Below are positions 27,303 to 41,168 of a DNA stretch of 64,000 nucleotides, one piece after another. The stretch is taken from assembly GCA_012295275.1 (NCBI GenBank), contig CM022665.1:38874001-38938000 (forward strand), in the 5' to 3' direction. Each line of letters starts with the position of its first letter. The first letter of the stretch is position 1. The position numbers were made by a program, and so were the translations under genes. A model generated the notes under the pieces. The model searched no databases, had not been told where the DNA came from, and saw nothing but the letters and a program-made list of their open reading frames with translations. The DNA comes from Chrysomallon squamiferum. Lineage: Eukaryota; Animalia; Mollusca.

Positions 27303-29145
27303 ACTGTTAATTGTCGAGTTCTCTTCTCTTTTTTATCCTCTTTCCTCTTCTTACTTCTTTATCACGTTTTTCTAAGATAAATTTCGAATCAGCGATTCTA
27401 AACTTCTGAAACACTTTCTAAAATTTGTATACAAAAAGAAAAAATTACAAAACTGACCTTAAAGCAGAAATTATTGTTTTAGGAATCGTACCTGCTATTG
27501 TGTTATTACTGAAAGAGGTTGTGCTGTGTATAATAGGTTATCGAAAGATATGAAAATGTGATACTTCAAAGGATACTGAAAGAAATTAAACAGATCTTTT
27601 CGAAAAGGATTAACTGTTTTCAGGGCACATACCTCACGGTTTTCCTTTTGTTTCTCATGCACTTTTTCTGTCTTTCATGTCCTGGTTTTCGTTTAGATTT
27701 CTATTCATTATACAGCCGCTTCTAAAGACCGATGTATTTCCTATCAAATGCACATTGTACTCTAACAAGAAATTAAAAAAAAAAAATTAAAATATGTAGT
27801 AGATTTTCTACATAAAGGAATGATTTGAACAAATCAATAAGTAGTCTGTGTTCGTACAAAGAAATATCGCCTTTATGTGGACATTAAACTGATGTAAAAA
27901 CTTCAATATAAGTTAAAGTATAATAAGAAAACATAATTGCCGCTAATGCTGAGAAAATAAACTTATAACACATTATTATTTTTCGTTTGGTAAATCCGAT
28001 GTTTTGAAGATTTTAAAACTCAAACTTTGTAAGATTTCTAATTCCACAGGTATTTCTTTTAAATAGTTGTGAACTGCTGTTAAAATGTCTAAGACTCTGG
28101 ACCAAGACTGCGTGCATGAAACACACAATTTTGCAAAAAAGTAAATACAAACGAGGATACGACGTACAGAGGAACTTAACCTCAAATAGGTTTCAAATTT
28201 CGAGTTCTAGATCCTCACAGGCAAAACGATTAGACCTCCTTTGTATGCCAAAAGGTTGTTGCCACATTACATTCAAATAGGCCAGTTTCATTATTAGCCA
28301 ACATAATTTAATCAGAACAATATTGACGTTGCAAAATGTCCAAAGTGGTTCAGAATTTCGCATATGTCAGACGCAGTGACCAGAATGATATCATATTCAA
28401 GTATCGTTCATCATGCTCATGACAATTTTTGTTCCAACTTTGTCCTTAGGAAACCTGAATGGAATCATTGCGTAATAGAAGACCGTCTCTCTAACTCACG
28501 ATTTCAGATTCTTAATTAAACCTGTTCCTTTAGATTCTTATTCATATTTATTTATCAATTTTATTAGAAAACCATCAAACACATCAAACTCGTTCATCAG
28601 TTCAGCTTAGTTGCCATAATTTCTTTCAAAAGAGAAACAACAAAAGTAATAACAATAATAAGCCATTTTTACGAAAACCTTCATTTATTTCACACTGTTT
28701 CAGACTGAAGATGTGGATATGTACATGTACGTATATTTCTCTAGCTATGTACGTACGTATTAATATATGTATGAATGTGTGTATGTATGTATGTATGTAT
28801 CCATGCATGTACGTGTCTCTTTATTTTACTATGTAAATGTGTATGTATTCAGGTGTGAGAATGTGTGCAATTTTGAATGAATATATTTATGTCCTTGTAT
28901 GTGTATGTATGTACGCATGTATATGTGTATCCATGCATGTATGTAATTATGTGAATAATTTGCAGTTTCTGATTTCTATTTCATAATATTTCAAATAAAC
29001 ATATCATTTTAAGACCCGTAGATAACACATTTATTTACATCCACGTCTCAATGACTTGAATACAGTGTATTTGTTTCTTAGAGGTAAAGAATACACTAAG
29101 ATTGAAATAAAAACAAGAATGATTTTCTTAAAGTTGTGATATCAT

Positions 29146-29438
29146 TTTATTTTTTCCAACACTAGAATATGATGTTCATTGACGTTTCACCTGAAAATAT
29201 AAAACATCTCATGAAAGTGAAACATATAAGAAGAAAATTATAATTATGCATTGGAAAAAGAATCATTAATAGATAAATATGTATTATTCTTGCTCTACGT
29301 GTTAATGAAACTAGGCATAAGCAGCCTTCAAATATTTTTTTCACCGACTGTGTAAGTGTGCTACATTAAACTAAACAAAATAGTAACCGATATCCTGTAT
29401 GCGCATAAAGTAACTCTGTGCAATAAATATTTCCTCAC
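29146..29438 (-). other. Copy 2: 3'-UTR intron (29191-29438) plus exon 3 with AATAAA (29146-29151)
   Basis: Same donor, acceptor and polyA signals as copy 1. Confidence 0.75.
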
Positions 29439-29442
29439 CTTT

Positions 29443-29895
29443 TCAATATGAGTTGTATCCGCCTCCGTATTGGTTTCCATATCCTCCATATCCGCTTCCG
29501 TATCCGCTTCCGTATCCACCTCCGTATCCACCTCCGTATCCTCCGCCATATCCGCCTCCATATCCTCCCAATCCTCCTCCAAATCCTCCTTTACCTCCTC
29601 CGAAACCTCCCCATCCTCCTCCGTGTCCTCCTTTACCCCCTCCAAATCCTCCCCATCCTCCTCCGTGTCCTCCCTTACCACCTCCAAATCCTCCCCAGCC
29701 TCCTCCGTGTCCTCCTCCGAAACCTCCCCATCCACCGCCGTGTCCTCCACCGAAACCTCCCCATCCACCTTTTCCGTATCCGCCTAAACCTCCATTACCT
29801 TTTCCGTAATATCCACCAGAGTTTCCATAATAGGTTTGCCCGGCGCAGGCAACAGACAAGCAGATGGCAAGAACGGCGAAAACAGCTTTCATCAT
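29443..29895 (-). CDS. Secreted glycine-rich protein, copy 2, 150 aa
   Basis: Intact ORF; differs from copy 1 by I34N; protein identical to copies 3 and 4. Confidence 0.92.
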   Translation of the reverse strand: MMKAVFAVLAICLSVACAGQTYYGNSGGYYGKGNGGLGGYGKGGWGGFGGGHGGGWGGFGGGHGGGWGGFGGGKGGHGGGWGGFGGGKGGHGGGWGGFGGGKGGFGGGLGGYGGGYGGGYGGGYGGGYGSGYGSGYGGYGNQYGGGYNSY

Positions 29896-29904
29896 TGTAA
29901 AGGG

Positions 29905-30327
29905 CTACGAAACGAGAAGAAGTAAAATGCTAATATTGTTTGATCTTAAACTTCCAGCTTTTAAGTAAGTCAAAATACGCCCTGAGAACTGAAAATTATA
30001 CGAATACTCGTTATTCTTTTCTTCTTTTTTTTTCTTTTTTTTTTTTTTGTAAATTCTAAACGAAATTCTTTCGGACAAAATTATAGTTAGGATAGAAAAA
30101 TTCGTAAGCAATTAGATTTGAAATATCTTATCATTATTTCCATGTGAAATTGTGTTGAGTTGCTTAGCAAAGACATAATCAATATGCAATGAATAGCAAC
30201 TATTTAAGCTTGTAGATATCGTATTGCATTCGTAATTGATAAAACGAAAGAAAACACTTCACTAGTTTACTTACTGTGTTGGCTTCAGGAATGAATCTAA
30301 TGTGTTATCTTCCTTCCTCTATATATA
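29905..30327 (-). promoter_or_regulatory. Copy 2: TATA box (30320-30327), exon 1 and intron 1 (29905-30274)
   Basis: TATATATA; ACACA|GTAAGT donor; TTTCGTAG acceptor. Confidence 0.78.
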
Positions 30328-30617
30328 CACAAAATTTATTACTTGGATCAATCGTGAGCTCACAGTAAGTAACATTTAACTTATGTGAAACTTCTGGGTA
30401 AGTTGATCGATTGAAAATCCATCAATTTACTTTGACCTTATAATTTATTTAAGATTGATGATAATTTGCTTTTCCTCTAAACCAAAAACTACCCTTATTT
30501 TTCTCCTCATTTACGAATAAATTACAGAATATAAGAAATGAATACCAGGAGAATGTTCTTACAGCAAATGAATGAGTTGTTGTTGGGATTTATTTTTTTC
30601 TTTTTATTCTCCCATTT

Positions 30618-31220
30618 ATTTTTAACGCGTTGTTATTGTTATTTATTATTTGCTATTTCAATCGCCATCTTGAAAGCGTAAGGTATGTTTCAATAGTCAA
30701 GCACAAGTTAAAATCAGCTTTGTACTATTTTATTGAAATAATTAAAGTTCAGGATATGCTAGACATGGAAGTGCCTTTCGCGGATATGAAAGACACGATT
30801 GTTGGGGCATTAAATGGTGAGTGGGATGAAATGGTAAATTCGGTGAAGCATTGGGAGTAGGTCTCAAAGGTTGGATACGCAGAGGGATATGGAGAAAGAT
30901 ACAGGAGTCGATACATGCCTCCTACTGAAAAACGTCATGAAATATTGGTACTAGTCGCTTTTTATTGGATTCTTTTGCTTTTATTTCACATCAGTATGCG
31001 GTAATGTTTCTAGACTGTAAATAGTTTGTACTTGATCAGGTTATAAATTCGTAATTAGAGATTAATGAAATATACTCTCCTACATAACTAGGATTATCGT
31101 TGCCAGTATATTCATCTAATCTGCTAATATCTTTTATATGTTTTCATTTCTTATAATATACAGTACTTTAGAAGTATGACGAACGAATAAGTGTTGTGGA
31201 GAAAGTCAGATGTAAATAAA
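30618..31220 (+). pseudogene. Decayed head-to-head paralog, unit 2
   Basis: Gly frame reads SGYARHGSAFRGYERHDCWGIKW*VG*NGKFGEALGVGLKGW...; terminal TCCTACTGAAAAACGTCATGAAATATT; AATAAA at 31215-31220. Confidence 0.7.
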
Positions 31221-33043
31221 ACCATTAATTGTGGAATGTTGTTTTTTGTTTGTTTTGTTTGTTGTTGTTGTTTTTTTTTTCTTCTTCTTGTTTTTTTTTT
31301 TTTTTTTTCTTCGTCTGTATTCGTATTTCTCAATTAAATGTTTGTTAGCTAAATTTCGATGAAGCGCTTCTAAACTTCTGGAACATTTTCCACAATTTGA
31401 ATATGAAAAAGAAAAATGACAAAACTTCGCTTAAACTAGAAATTATTGTTTTAGAAATCGTCCTTGATTTGCTGTTACTACTGAAAGATGTTGTGCTGTG
31501 TATAACAGATTGTCGAAAGATATGAAAATGTGATAGTTCAAGAATACTGAAAGAAAGTAAACAGATCTTTTCGAAAAGGATTAACTGTTTTCAGGGCACA
31601 AACCTCACGGTTTTCCTTTTGTTTCTCATGCACTTTTTCTGTCTTTCATGTCCTGGTTTTCGTTTAGATTTCTATTCATTATACAGCCGCTTCTAAAGCT
31701 CGATGTATTTCGTATCAAATCCTCATTCTACTGTTGCAACAAAAAATGAAAAAAAAAATGGGTATTTGAGTTTCTACATAAAGGAATGATTTGAACAAAT
31801 CAGTAAGCAGTCTGTGTTCGTACAAAGAAATATCGATTTTATGTTCACACTAAACTGATTTGAAAACTTCCATATCAGCTAAAGTATCTTAAAAACATAT
31901 TTTGCCTCCAATATAGAGAAAAAAGTAATCTTATCAGCCATTATTGTATTTCGTTTGTTAAATCGGAAGTTTTGAAGAGTTTAAAACTAAATCTTTGTAG
32001 GATTTCTAATTTCACTTATATTTCTTTTAAATAGTTTCCAAAAAAGTGCATAGCAATGAAGATACACGAGCAGAGGAACTTAACCTCAAATAGGTTTTAA
32101 ATTTCGAGTTCTAGATCCTCACAGGCAAAACGATCAGACCTCCTTCGTATGCCAAAAGGTTGTTGCCACATTACATTCAACTAGGCCAGTTTCATTATTA
32201 GGCAACATAATTTAATCAGAGCAATATTGACGTTGCAAATGTCCAAAGTGGTTCACAATGTCGCATATGTCAGACGCAGTGAGCAGAATGATATCATATT
32301 CAAGTATCGTACATCATGCGTCATGATAATTTTTGTTCCAAATTCCTCCTTCTGAAACCTGAATTGAATCATTGCGTAATAGAAGACCGTCCAGCATGAC
32401 TTCTCTCTAACTCAAGATTTCAGATTCTTAATTAAAACTGTTCCTTTAGATTCTTATTCATATTTATTTATTCACATTTTATTAGAAAACCATCAAACAC
32501 ATCAAAATCGTTCATCAGTTCAGCTTAGTTGACATAATTTCTTTCAAAAGAGAAACAACAAAAGTAATAACAATAATAAGCCATTTTTACGAAAACCTTC
32601 ATTTATTTCACACTGTTTCAGACTGACGATGTGGATATGTACATGTATGTATATTTCTCTAGCTATGTACGTACGTATTAATATATATATGAATGTGTGT
32701 ATGTATGTATATGTGTATCCATGCATGTACGTGTCTCTGTATTTTACTATGTAAGTGTGTATGTATTCAGGTGTGAGAATGTGTGCAATTTTGCATGAAT
32801 ATATTTATGTCCTTGTATGTGTATGTATGTATGTATGTACGTAATTATGTGAGTAATTTGCCGTTTCTGATTTCTATTTCATAATATTTCAAATAAATGT
32901 ATCATTTTAAGACACGTAAATAACACATTTATTTACATCTACGTCTCAATCACTTGAATAGAGTGTATTTGTTTCTTGCAGGTAAAGTCTAAACTAAGAT
33001 TGAAATAAAAACAAGAATGATTTTCTTAAAGTTGTGATATCAT

Positions 33044-33335
33044 TTTATTTTTTCCAACACTAGAATATGATGTTCATTGACGTTTCACCTGAAAATATAA
33101 AACATCTCATGAAACTGAAACAGATAAGAAGAAAATTATAATTATGCAATGGAAACAGAATCGTTAATAGATAAATATTTATTATTCTTGCTCTACTTAT
33201 AATGGAACTAGGCATAAGCAATGTTGAAATTAATTATTCAGCAACTGTGTAAGTGTGCTACATTAAACTAAACAAAATAGTAACCGATATCCTGTATGCG
33301 CATAAAGTAACTCTGTGCAATAAATATTTCCTCAC
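33044..33335 (-). other. Copy 3: 3'-UTR intron (33089-33335) plus exon 3 with AATAAA (33044-33049)
   Basis: Same signals as copy 1. Confidence 0.75.
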
Positions 33336-33339
33336 CTTT

Positions 33340-33792
33340 TCAATATGAGTTGTATCCGCCTCCGTATTGGTTTCCATATCCTCCATATCCGCTTCCGTAT
33401 CCGCTACCGTATCCACCTCCGTATCCACCTCCGTATCCTCCGCCATATCCGCCTCCATATCCTCCCAATCCTCCTCCAAATCCTCCTTTACCTCCTCCGA
33501 AACCTCCCCATCCTCCTCCGTGTCCTCCTTTACCCCCTCCAAATCCTCCCCATCCTCCTCCGTGTCCCCCCTTACCACCTCCAAATCCTCCCCAGCCTCC
33601 TCCGTGTCCTCCTCCGAAACCGCCCCATCCACCGCCGTGTCCTCCACCGAAACCTCCCCATCCACCTTTTCCGTATCCGCCTAAACCTCCATTACCTTTT
33701 CCGTAATATCCACCAGAGTTTCCATAATAGGTTTGCCCGGCGCAGGCAACAGACAAGCAGATGGCAAGAACGGCGAAAACAGCTTTCATCAT
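33340..33792 (-). CDS. Secreted glycine-rich protein, copy 3, 150 aa
   Basis: Intact ORF with signal peptide and Gly-rich repeats. Confidence 0.92.
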   Translation of the reverse strand: MMKAVFAVLAICLSVACAGQTYYGNSGGYYGKGNGGLGGYGKGGWGGFGGGHGGGWGGFGGGHGGGWGGFGGGKGGHGGGWGGFGGGKGGHGGGWGGFGGGKGGFGGGLGGYGGGYGGGYGGGYGGGYGSGYGSGYGGYGNQYGGGYNSY

Positions 33793-33801
33793 TGTAAAGG
33801 G

Positions 33802-34226
33802 CTACGAAAACAGAAGAACTAAAATGCTAATATTGTTTGATAGTAAACTTCCAGCTTTTAAGTAAGTCAAAATACGCCCTGAGAACTGAAAATTATACGA
33901 ATACTCGTTATTCTTTTCTTCTTTTTTTTTCTTTTTTTTTTTTTTTGTAAATTCTAAACGAAATTCTTTCGGACAAAATTATAGTTAGGATAGAAAAATT
34001 CGTAAGCAATTAGATTTGAAATATCTTATCATTATTTCCATGTGAAATTGTGTTGAGTTGCTTAGCAAAGACTATAATCAATATGCAATGAATAGCAACT
34101 ATTTAAGCTTGTAGATATCGTATTGCATTCGTAATTGATAAAACGAAAGAAAACACTTCACTAGTTTACTTACTGTGTTGGCTTCAGGAATGAATCTAAT
34201 GTGTTATCTTCCTTCCTCTATATATA
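33802..34226 (-). promoter_or_regulatory. Copy 3: TATA box (34219-34226), exon 1 and intron 1 (33802-34173)
   Basis: Same signals as copy 2. Confidence 0.78.
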
Positions 34227-34514
34227 CACAAAATTTATTACTTGGATCAATCGTGAGCTCACAGTAAGTAACATTTAACTTATGTGAAACTTCTGGGTAA
34301 GTTGATCGATTGAAAATCCATCAATTTACTTTGACCTTATAATTTATTTAAGATTGATGATAATTTGCTTTTCCTCTAAACCAAAAACTACCCTTATTTT
34401 TCTCCTCATTTACGAATAAATTACAGAATATAAGAAATGAATACCAGGAGAATGTTCTTACAGCAAATGAATGAGTTGTTGTTGGGATTTATTTTTTTGT
34501 TTTTTTTTTATTTA

Positions 34515-35139
34515 TTTTTTAACGCGTTGTTATTGTTATTCATTATTTGCTATTTCAGTCACCATCTTGAAAGCGTAAGGTATGTTTCAATAGTCAAGCA
34601 CAAGTTAAAATCAGCTTTGTATTATTTTATTGAAATAATTAAAGTTCAGGATATGCTAGACATGGAAGCGGCTTTCGCGGATGTGAAAGACACGATTATT
34701 GGGGCATTAAATGGTGAGTGGGGATGAAATGGTAAATTCGGTGAAGCATTAGGGGGAGGCCACAAAGATTGGATGTCGAGATGGATATGGAGACGGATAC
34801 GAACGATATGGAGAAAGATACAGGAGTCGATACACGCCTCCTACTGGAAAACGTCATGAAATATTGATACTACTCACTTTTTATTGGATTGTTTTGCTTT
34901 TATTTCACATCAGTATGCGGTAATGTTTCTAGACTGTAAATAGTTTGTACTTGATCAGGTTATAAATTCGTAATTAGAGATTAATGAAATATGCTCTCCT
35001 ACATAACTAGGATTATCGTTGCCAATATATTCATCTAATCTGCTAATATCTTTTATATGTTTTCATTTCTTATAATATACAATACTTTATAAGTATGACG
35101 AATGAATAAGTGTTGTGGAGAAAGTCAGATGTAAATAAA
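34515..35139 (+). pseudogene. Decayed head-to-head paralog, unit 3
   Basis: Degenerate GGA-derived codons (DGYGDGYERYGERYRSRY) with in-frame stops and frameshifts; AATAAA at 35134-35139. Confidence 0.7.
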
Positions 35140-36957
35140 ACCATTAATTGTGGAATGTTGTTTTTTGTTTGTTTTGTTTGTTGTTGTTGTTCTTTTTTTC
35201 TTCTTCTTCTTGTTTTTTTTTTTTTTTTTCGTCTCTATTCGTATTTCTCAATTAAGTGTTTGTTAGCTAAATTTCGATGAAGCGCTTCTAAACTTCTTAA
35301 ACATTTTCCACAATTTGAATATGAAAAAGAAAAATGACAAAACTTCGCATAAACTAGAAATTATTGTTTTAAGAATCGTCCTTGATTTGCTGTTACTACT
35401 GAGAGAGGTTGTGCTGTGTATAATAGATTATCGAAAGATATGAAAATGTGATTGTTCAAACATACAGAAAGAAAGTAAACAGATCTTTTCGAAAACAATT
35501 AATTGTATTTCATGCACAAACCTCACGGTTTTCCTTTTGTTTCTCATGCACTTTTTCTGTCTTTCATGTCCTGGTTTTCGTTTAGTTTTGTATTCATTAT
35601 ACAGCCGCTTCTAAAGCTCGATGTATTTCGTATCAAATCGTCAATCTGGTGTTGCAACAAAAAATGAGGAAAAAAATGTGTAGTTGACTTTCTACATAAA
35701 GGAATGATTTGAACAAATCAGTAAGCAGTCTGTGTTCGTACAAAAAAATATCGCTTTTATGTACACACTAAACTGATTTGAAAACTTCCATATCAGCTAA
35801 AGTATATTAAGAACACATTTTGCCTCCAATATTGAGAAAAAAGTAATCTTATCAGCCATTATTGTATTTCGTTTGTTAAATCGGAAGTTTTGAAGACTTT
35901 AAAACCAAATCTTTGTAGGATTTCTAATTTCACTTATATTTCTTTTAAATAGTTTGCAGCAATGAAGATACACGAGCAGAGGAACGTAACCTTAAATAGG
36001 TTTTAAATTTCGAGCTCTAGATCCTCACAGGCAAAACGATCAGACCTCCTTTGTATGCCAAAAGGTTGTTGCCACATTACATTCAAATAGGCCAGTTTCA
36101 TTATTAGCCAACATAATTTAATCAGAGCAATATTGACGTTGCAAAATGTACAAAGTGGTTCACAATGTCGCATATGTCAGACGCAGTGAGCAGAATGATA
36201 TCATATTCAAGTATCGTTCATCATGCGTCATGCGTCATGACAATTTTTGTTCCAACTTCGTCCTTAGGAAACCTGAATTGAATCATTGCGTAATAGAAGA
36301 CCGTACAGCATGACTTCTCTCTAACTCACGATTTCAGATTCTTAATTAAACCTGTTCCGTTAGATTCTTATTCATATTTATTTATCAATTTTATTAGAAA
36401 ACCATCAAACACATCAAACTCGTTCATCAGTTCAGCTTAGTTGACATAATTTCTTTCAAAAGAGAAACAACAAAAGTAATAACAATAATAAGCCATTTTT
36501 ACGAAAACCTTCATTTATTTCACACTGTTTCAGACTGAAGATGTGGATATGTACATGTATGTATTTTTCTCTAACTATGTACGTACGTATTTATATATAT
36601 ATATGAATGTGTGTATGTATGTATATGTGTATCCATGCATGTACGTATCTCTGTATTTTACTATATAAGTGTGTATGTATTCAGGTGTGAGAATGTGTGC
36701 AATTTTGCATGAATATATTTATGTCCTTGTATGTGTATGTATGTATGTATGTACGTAATTATGTGAGTAATTTGCCGTTTCTGATTTCTATTTCATAATA
36801 TTTCAAATAAATGTATCATTTTAAGACACGTAAATGCCACATTTATTTACATCCACGTCTCAGTGAGTTGAATACAGTGTATTTGTTTCTTGCAGGTAAA
36901 GTCTAAACTAAGATTGAAATAAAAACAAGAATGATTTTCTTAAAGTTTTGATATCAT

Positions 36958-37249
36958 TTTATTTTTTCCAACACTAGAATATGATGTTCATTGACGTTTC
37001 ACCTGAAAGTATAAAACATCTCATGAAACTGAAACAGATAAGAAGAAAATTATAATTATGCAATGGAAACAGAATCGTTAATAGATAAATATTTGTTAAT
37101 CTTGCTCTACTTATAATGGAACTAGGCATAAGCAATGTTGAAATTAATTATTCAGCAACTGTGTAAGTGTGCTACATTAAACTAAACAAAATAGTAACCG
37201 ATATCCTGTATGAGCATAAAGTATCTCTATGCAATAAATATTTCCTCAC
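36958..37249 (-). other. Copy 4: 3'-UTR intron (37003-37249) plus exon 3 with AATAAA (36958-36963)
   Basis: Same signals as copy 1. Confidence 0.75.
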
Positions 37250-37253
37250 CTTT

Positions 37254-37706
37254 TCAATATGAGTTGTATCCGCCTCCGTATTGGTTTCCATATCCTCCAT
37301 ATCCGCTTCCGTATCCGCTTCCGTATCCACCTCCGTATCCACCTCCGTATCCTCCGCCATATCCGCCTCCATATCCTCCCAATCCTCCTCCAAATCCTCC
37401 TTTACCTCCTCCGAAACCTCCCCATCCTCCTCCGTGTCCTCCTTTACCCCCTCCAAATCCTCCCCATCCTCCTCCGTGTCCTCCCTTACCACCTCCAAAT
37501 CCTCCCCAGCCTCCTCCGTGTCCTCCTCCGAAACCGCCCCATCCACCGCCGTGTCCTCCACCGAAACCTCCCCATCCACCTTTTCCGTATCCGCCTAAAC
37601 CTCCATTACCTTTTCCGTAATATCCACCAGAGTTTCCATAATAGGTTTGGCCGGCGCAGGCAACAGACAAGCAGATGGCAAGAACGGCGAAAACAGCTTT
37701 CATCAT
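37254..37706 (-). CDS. Secreted glycine-rich protein, copy 4, 150 aa
   Basis: Intact ORF with signal peptide and Gly-rich repeats. Confidence 0.92.
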   Translation of the reverse strand: MMKAVFAVLAICLSVACAGQTYYGNSGGYYGKGNGGLGGYGKGGWGGFGGGHGGGWGGFGGGHGGGWGGFGGGKGGHGGGWGGFGGGKGGHGGGWGGFGGGKGGFGGGLGGYGGGYGGGYGGGYGGGYGSGYGSGYGGYGNQYGGGYNSY

Positions 37707-37715
37707 TGTAAAGGG

Positions 37716-38120
37716 CTACGAAAACAGAAGAACTAAAATGCTAATATTGTTTGATCGTAAACTTCCACCTTTTAAGTTAGTCAAAATACGCCCTGAGAAC
37801 TGAAAATTAAACGAATACTCGTTATTCTTTTCTTCTTTTTTTTTTCTTTTTTTTTTGTAAATTCTAAATGAAATTCTTTCGGACAAAATTATAGTTAGGA
37901 TAGAAAATTTCGAAGTATCTTATCGTTATTTCAATGTCAAATTGTGTTGAGTTGCTTAGCAAAGACATAATCAATATGCAATGAATAGCAACTATTTAAG
38001 CTTGTAGATATCTTATTGCATTAGTAATTGATAAACAGAAAGAAAACACTTCACTAGTTTACTTACTGTGTTGGCTTCAGGAATGAAATCTAATGTGTTA
38101 TCTTCCTTCCTCTATATATA
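37716..38120 (-). promoter_or_regulatory. Copy 4: TATA box (38113-38120), exon 1 and intron 1 (37716-38066)
   Basis: Same signals as copy 2. Confidence 0.78.
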
Positions 38121-38411
38121 CACAAAATTTATTACTTGGATCAATCGTGAGCTCACAGTAAGTAACATTTAACTTATGTGAAACTTCTGGGTAAGTTGAT
38201 CGATTGAAAATCCATCAATTTACTTTGACCTTATAATTTATTTAAGATTGATGATAATTTGCTTTTCCTCTAAACCAAAAACTACCCTTATTTTTCTCAT
38301 CATTTACGAATAAATTACAGAATATAAGAAATGAATACCAGGAGAATGTTCTTACAGCAAATGAATGAGTTGTTGTTGGGATTTATTTTTTTCTTTTTTA
38401 TTCTCCCATTT

Positions 38412-39035
38412 ATTTTTAACGCGTTGTTATTGTTATTTATTATTTGCTATTTCAGTCGCCATCTTCAAAGCATAAGGTATGTTTCAATAGTCAAGCACAA
38501 GATAAAATCAGCTTTGTACTATTTTATTGAAATAATTAAAGTTCAGGACATGGTAGACATGGAAGCGGCTTTCGCGGATGTGAAAGACACGATTATTGGG
38601 GCATTAAATGGTGAGTGGGGATGAAATGGTAAATTCGGTGAAGCATTGGGAGGAGGCCTCAAAGGTTGGATGATGAGATGGATATGGAGACGGATTCGAA
38701 CGATATGGAGAAAGATACATGAGTCGATACACGCCTCCTACTGAAAAACGTCATGAAATATTGGTACTAGTCACTTTTTACTGGATTGTTTTCCTTTTAC
38801 TTTACATCTATGTGCGCAATGTTTCTAGACTGTAAAGAGTTTCAACTTGATCAGGTTTTAAATTGTGTGTCATTGATTTGTGAAAGGTATTCTCCTGCAT
38901 AACTGGGATTATCGTTGCCAGTATATTCATCTAATCTGCTAATATCTTTTATACGTTTTCATTTCTTATAATATACAGTACTTTATAAGTATGACGAATG
39001 AATAAGTGTTGTGGAGAAAGTCAGATGTAAATAAA
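38412..39035 (+). pseudogene. Decayed head-to-head paralog, unit 4
   Basis: Same degenerate Gly-rich sequence; relic stop at 38742-38744; AATAAA at 39030-39035. Confidence 0.7.
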
Positions 39036-40873
39036 ATCATTAATTGTGGAATGTTGTTTTTTGTTTGTTTTGTTTGTTGTTGTTGTTCTTTTTTTCTTCT
39101 TCTTCTTTTTTTTTTTACTTCGTCTGTATTCTTATTTCTCAATTAAGTGTTTCTTAGCTAAATTTCGATGAAGCGCTTCTAAACCTCTGGAACATTTTCC
39201 ACAATTTGATTTTGAAAAAGAAAAATGAGAAAACTTCGCTTAAACTAGAAATTGTTGTTTTAAGAATCGTCCTTGATTTGCTGTTACTACTGAGAGAGGT
39301 TGTGCTGTGTATAACAGATTATCGAAAGAAATGAAAATATGATAGTTCAAACATACAGAATGAAAGTAAAAAGATCTTTTCGAAAACGATTAATTGTATT
39401 TCAGGCACAAACCTCACGGTTTTCCTTTTGTTTCTCATGCACTTTTTCTGTCTTTCATGTCCTGGTTTTCGTTTAGCTTCTAAAGCTCGATGTATTTCGT
39501 ATCAAATCCTCATTGTACGTTGCAACAAAAAAAAATGGGTAGTTGAGTTGCTACATAAAGGAATGATTTGAACAAATCAGTAAGCAGTCTGTGTTCGTAC
39601 AAAGAAATATCGCTTTTATGTAGACACTAAACTGATGTAAAAGCTTCCATATAAGTTATAGTATATTAAGAACACATAATTGCCGCTAATATTCAGGCGA
39701 AAAAGTAAACTTAGCAGTAATTATTGTATTTGGTTTCGTAAATCCGAAGTTTTGAAGACTTTAAAACTCAAACTTTGACAGGTTTCTAATTCCACTTGTA
39801 TTTCGTTTAAATAGTTGTGTACTGCTATTGAAATGTCTAAGAATGTGGACCAGTGAGGATACGACAAACAGAGGAACTTAACCTTAAATAGGTTTTAAAT
39901 TTCGAGCTCTAGATCCTCACAGGCAAAACGATCAGACCTCCTTCGTATGCCAAAAGGTTGTTGCCACATAACATTCAAATAGGCCAGTTTCATTATTAGC
40001 CAACATAATTTAATCAGAACAATATTGAAGTTACAAAATGTCCAAAATGGTTCAGAGTTTCGCATATGTCAGAGGCACTGAGGAGAATATCATATTCAAG
40101 TATCGTTCATCATGCGTCATTACAATATTTCTTCATATTTCGTCCTTAGAAAACTTCAGTGGAATGACTCCTTTGTAGAAGATCTTGCAGCTTGACTTCT
40201 TTAATTAAAACTGTTCCTTTAGATTCTTATTCATATTTATTTATCAATTTTATTAGAAAACCATCAAACACATCAAACTAGTTCATCACTTCAGCTTGGT
40301 TCACAGAATTGCTTTCAAAAGGGTAACAACAAAAGTAATAACAATAATAAGACATTTTTACGAAAACCTTCATTTATTTCACACTGTTTAACACTGACGA
40401 TGTGGATATGTACATGTACGTATTTTTCTCTATCTATTTACGTACGTATTTATATATGTATGAATATGTGTATGTATGTTTGTATGTATGCATACAAGTA
40501 CGTGTCTCCGTATTTTCTATTTAAGCGTATTTTCTATTTATGTGTGAGAATGTGTGTAATTATGCATTAATATATTTATGTATATGCGAAGGCCTCTGTA
40601 TTTGTATGTATGTATGTATCTATGTAAGTATTTATGTATGTATGTACCAATCTATCTATCTATGCATGTGTATAACTATGTAAGTATTTTACCGTTTGTG
40701 ATTTCTATTTCATAATACTTCAATAAATGTATCATTTTAAGACCCGTATATAACACATTTATTTGCTTCCACGTCTCAATGACTTGAATAGAGTGTATTT
40801 GTTTCTTGCAGGTAAAGTATAAACTAGGATTGAAATAAAAACAAGAATGATTTTCTTAAAGTTGTGATATCAT

Positions 40874-41164
40874 TTTATTTTTTCCAACACTAGAATATGA
40901 TGTTCATTGACGTTTCACCTGAAAATATAAAACATCTCTTGAAAATTAAACATATAAGAAGAAAATTATAATTATGCAATGGAAAAAGAATCATTAATAC
41001 ATAAATATGTATTATTGTTGCTCTACTGTTAATGAAACTAGTCATAAGCAACGTTCAAATAATTTTTTCAACAGCTGTGTATAGTGCTACATTAAACTAA
41101 ACAAAATAGTAACCGATATCCTGTAAGCGCATAAAGTATCTCTGTGCAATAAATATTTCCTCAC
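40874..41164 (-). other. Copy 5: intron 2 (40919-41164) plus exon 3 with AATAAA (40874-40879)
   Basis: Same signals as copy 1. Confidence 0.75.
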
Positions 41165-41168
41165 CTTT

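Noticed and set aside
34437-34727. Recurrent + strand ORFs (MNTRRMFLQQ...GALNGEWG) in units 2-5 as a functional gene
   Set aside because: Starts, lengths and ends differ among units because of indels; better explained as an off-frame read-through of the decayed paralog
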